NCBI RefSeq assembly: GCF_902652985.1
Contig: NC_047027.1
Span: forward strand, 26,660,001 to 26,724,000
Source: Pecten maximus
Lineage: Eukaryota
Reading direction: 5' to 3'
DNA: 64,000 bases
The position numbers and the translations under genes were made by a program. Under the pieces are notes generated by a model. That model did no database searches. It was not told the DNA's origin and saw only the letters and a list, made by a program, of their open reading frames with translations. Every line of letters begins with the position of its first letter. Position 1 is the stretch's first letter. Below are positions 63,522 through 64,000 of this stretch, one piece after another.

Positions 63522-64000
63522 GTACGTTTATAGATATAGAGAATACATATTAAGTGTCAATGTATTCTATTTATCCTGCAATAGTCATCAAAAATAATCA
63601 TTTCGAAGTGAAACGGTATCAACAATAATCCAAATATGTTCGCCTTTTAAACGTTGTTTCACTTTGAAGTAGGCTAGTCAAATTGACGTACGTGCTACAA
63701 TCCCAAAATACAGCTGTTTTTCGTCACTGTCGTTTACATATGCGTGTATATGTATGGTGGGTGTATTCCGACAATGCGGTGGCAATTTAATATTTTCACA
63801 ATATGTAGACTCATACAAAAACACAATAACCGCATACGGTAAATGATTAATCATTATATCAGCTGATAGTCGTAGTGGACCTTGCTTAACACCAATATGA
63901 GTAAAGGGGGTATCCTCACCAAATGGTTAATGATTTGCACAGGCTAATGTAGATTTCAATATCAAATATAGCAGTTTACAGTGTATACATGTCCTACTGA

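Overview
AT-rich eukaryotic DNA, most likely a bivalve mollusc (inferred from the Meta/CORE-type SINEs and Helentron-like repeats; species not determinable). Two host genes on +: (1) mitochondrial sulfite oxidase, coding exons 28561-28780 and 38455-39980 joined in phase 1 across a 9.7-kb intron (581 aa); (2) a secreted C-type-lectin-domain gene, exons 51719-51747, 54091-54137, 54642-54824 and 63297-63521, continuing beyond. The rest is mostly nested mobile elements and minisatellites. An intact young BEL/Pao retrotransposon (55395-63279, 846-bp LTRs, TSD TGCAC) sits just upstream of a lectin splice acceptor and lacks a tRNA PBS. A young gag-only LTR element (22931-27792, tRNA-Leu PBS, no pol) encodes a Gag with two N-terminal transmembrane helices, and its 5' LTR holds an IS3EU-like MITE. 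A hAT-like MITE has jumped, inverted, into its own near-identical copy inside the SUOX intron. There is also a 5.7-kb piggyBac-like element with a nested foldback MITE, plus ISL2EU and Penelope-like relics, SINEs and tandem arrays. Best candidates for an undescribed system are the pol-less LTR element with membrane-anchored Gag and the PBS-less BEL element with an internal 13-nt complement. All coordinates were read by eye and no searches were run.
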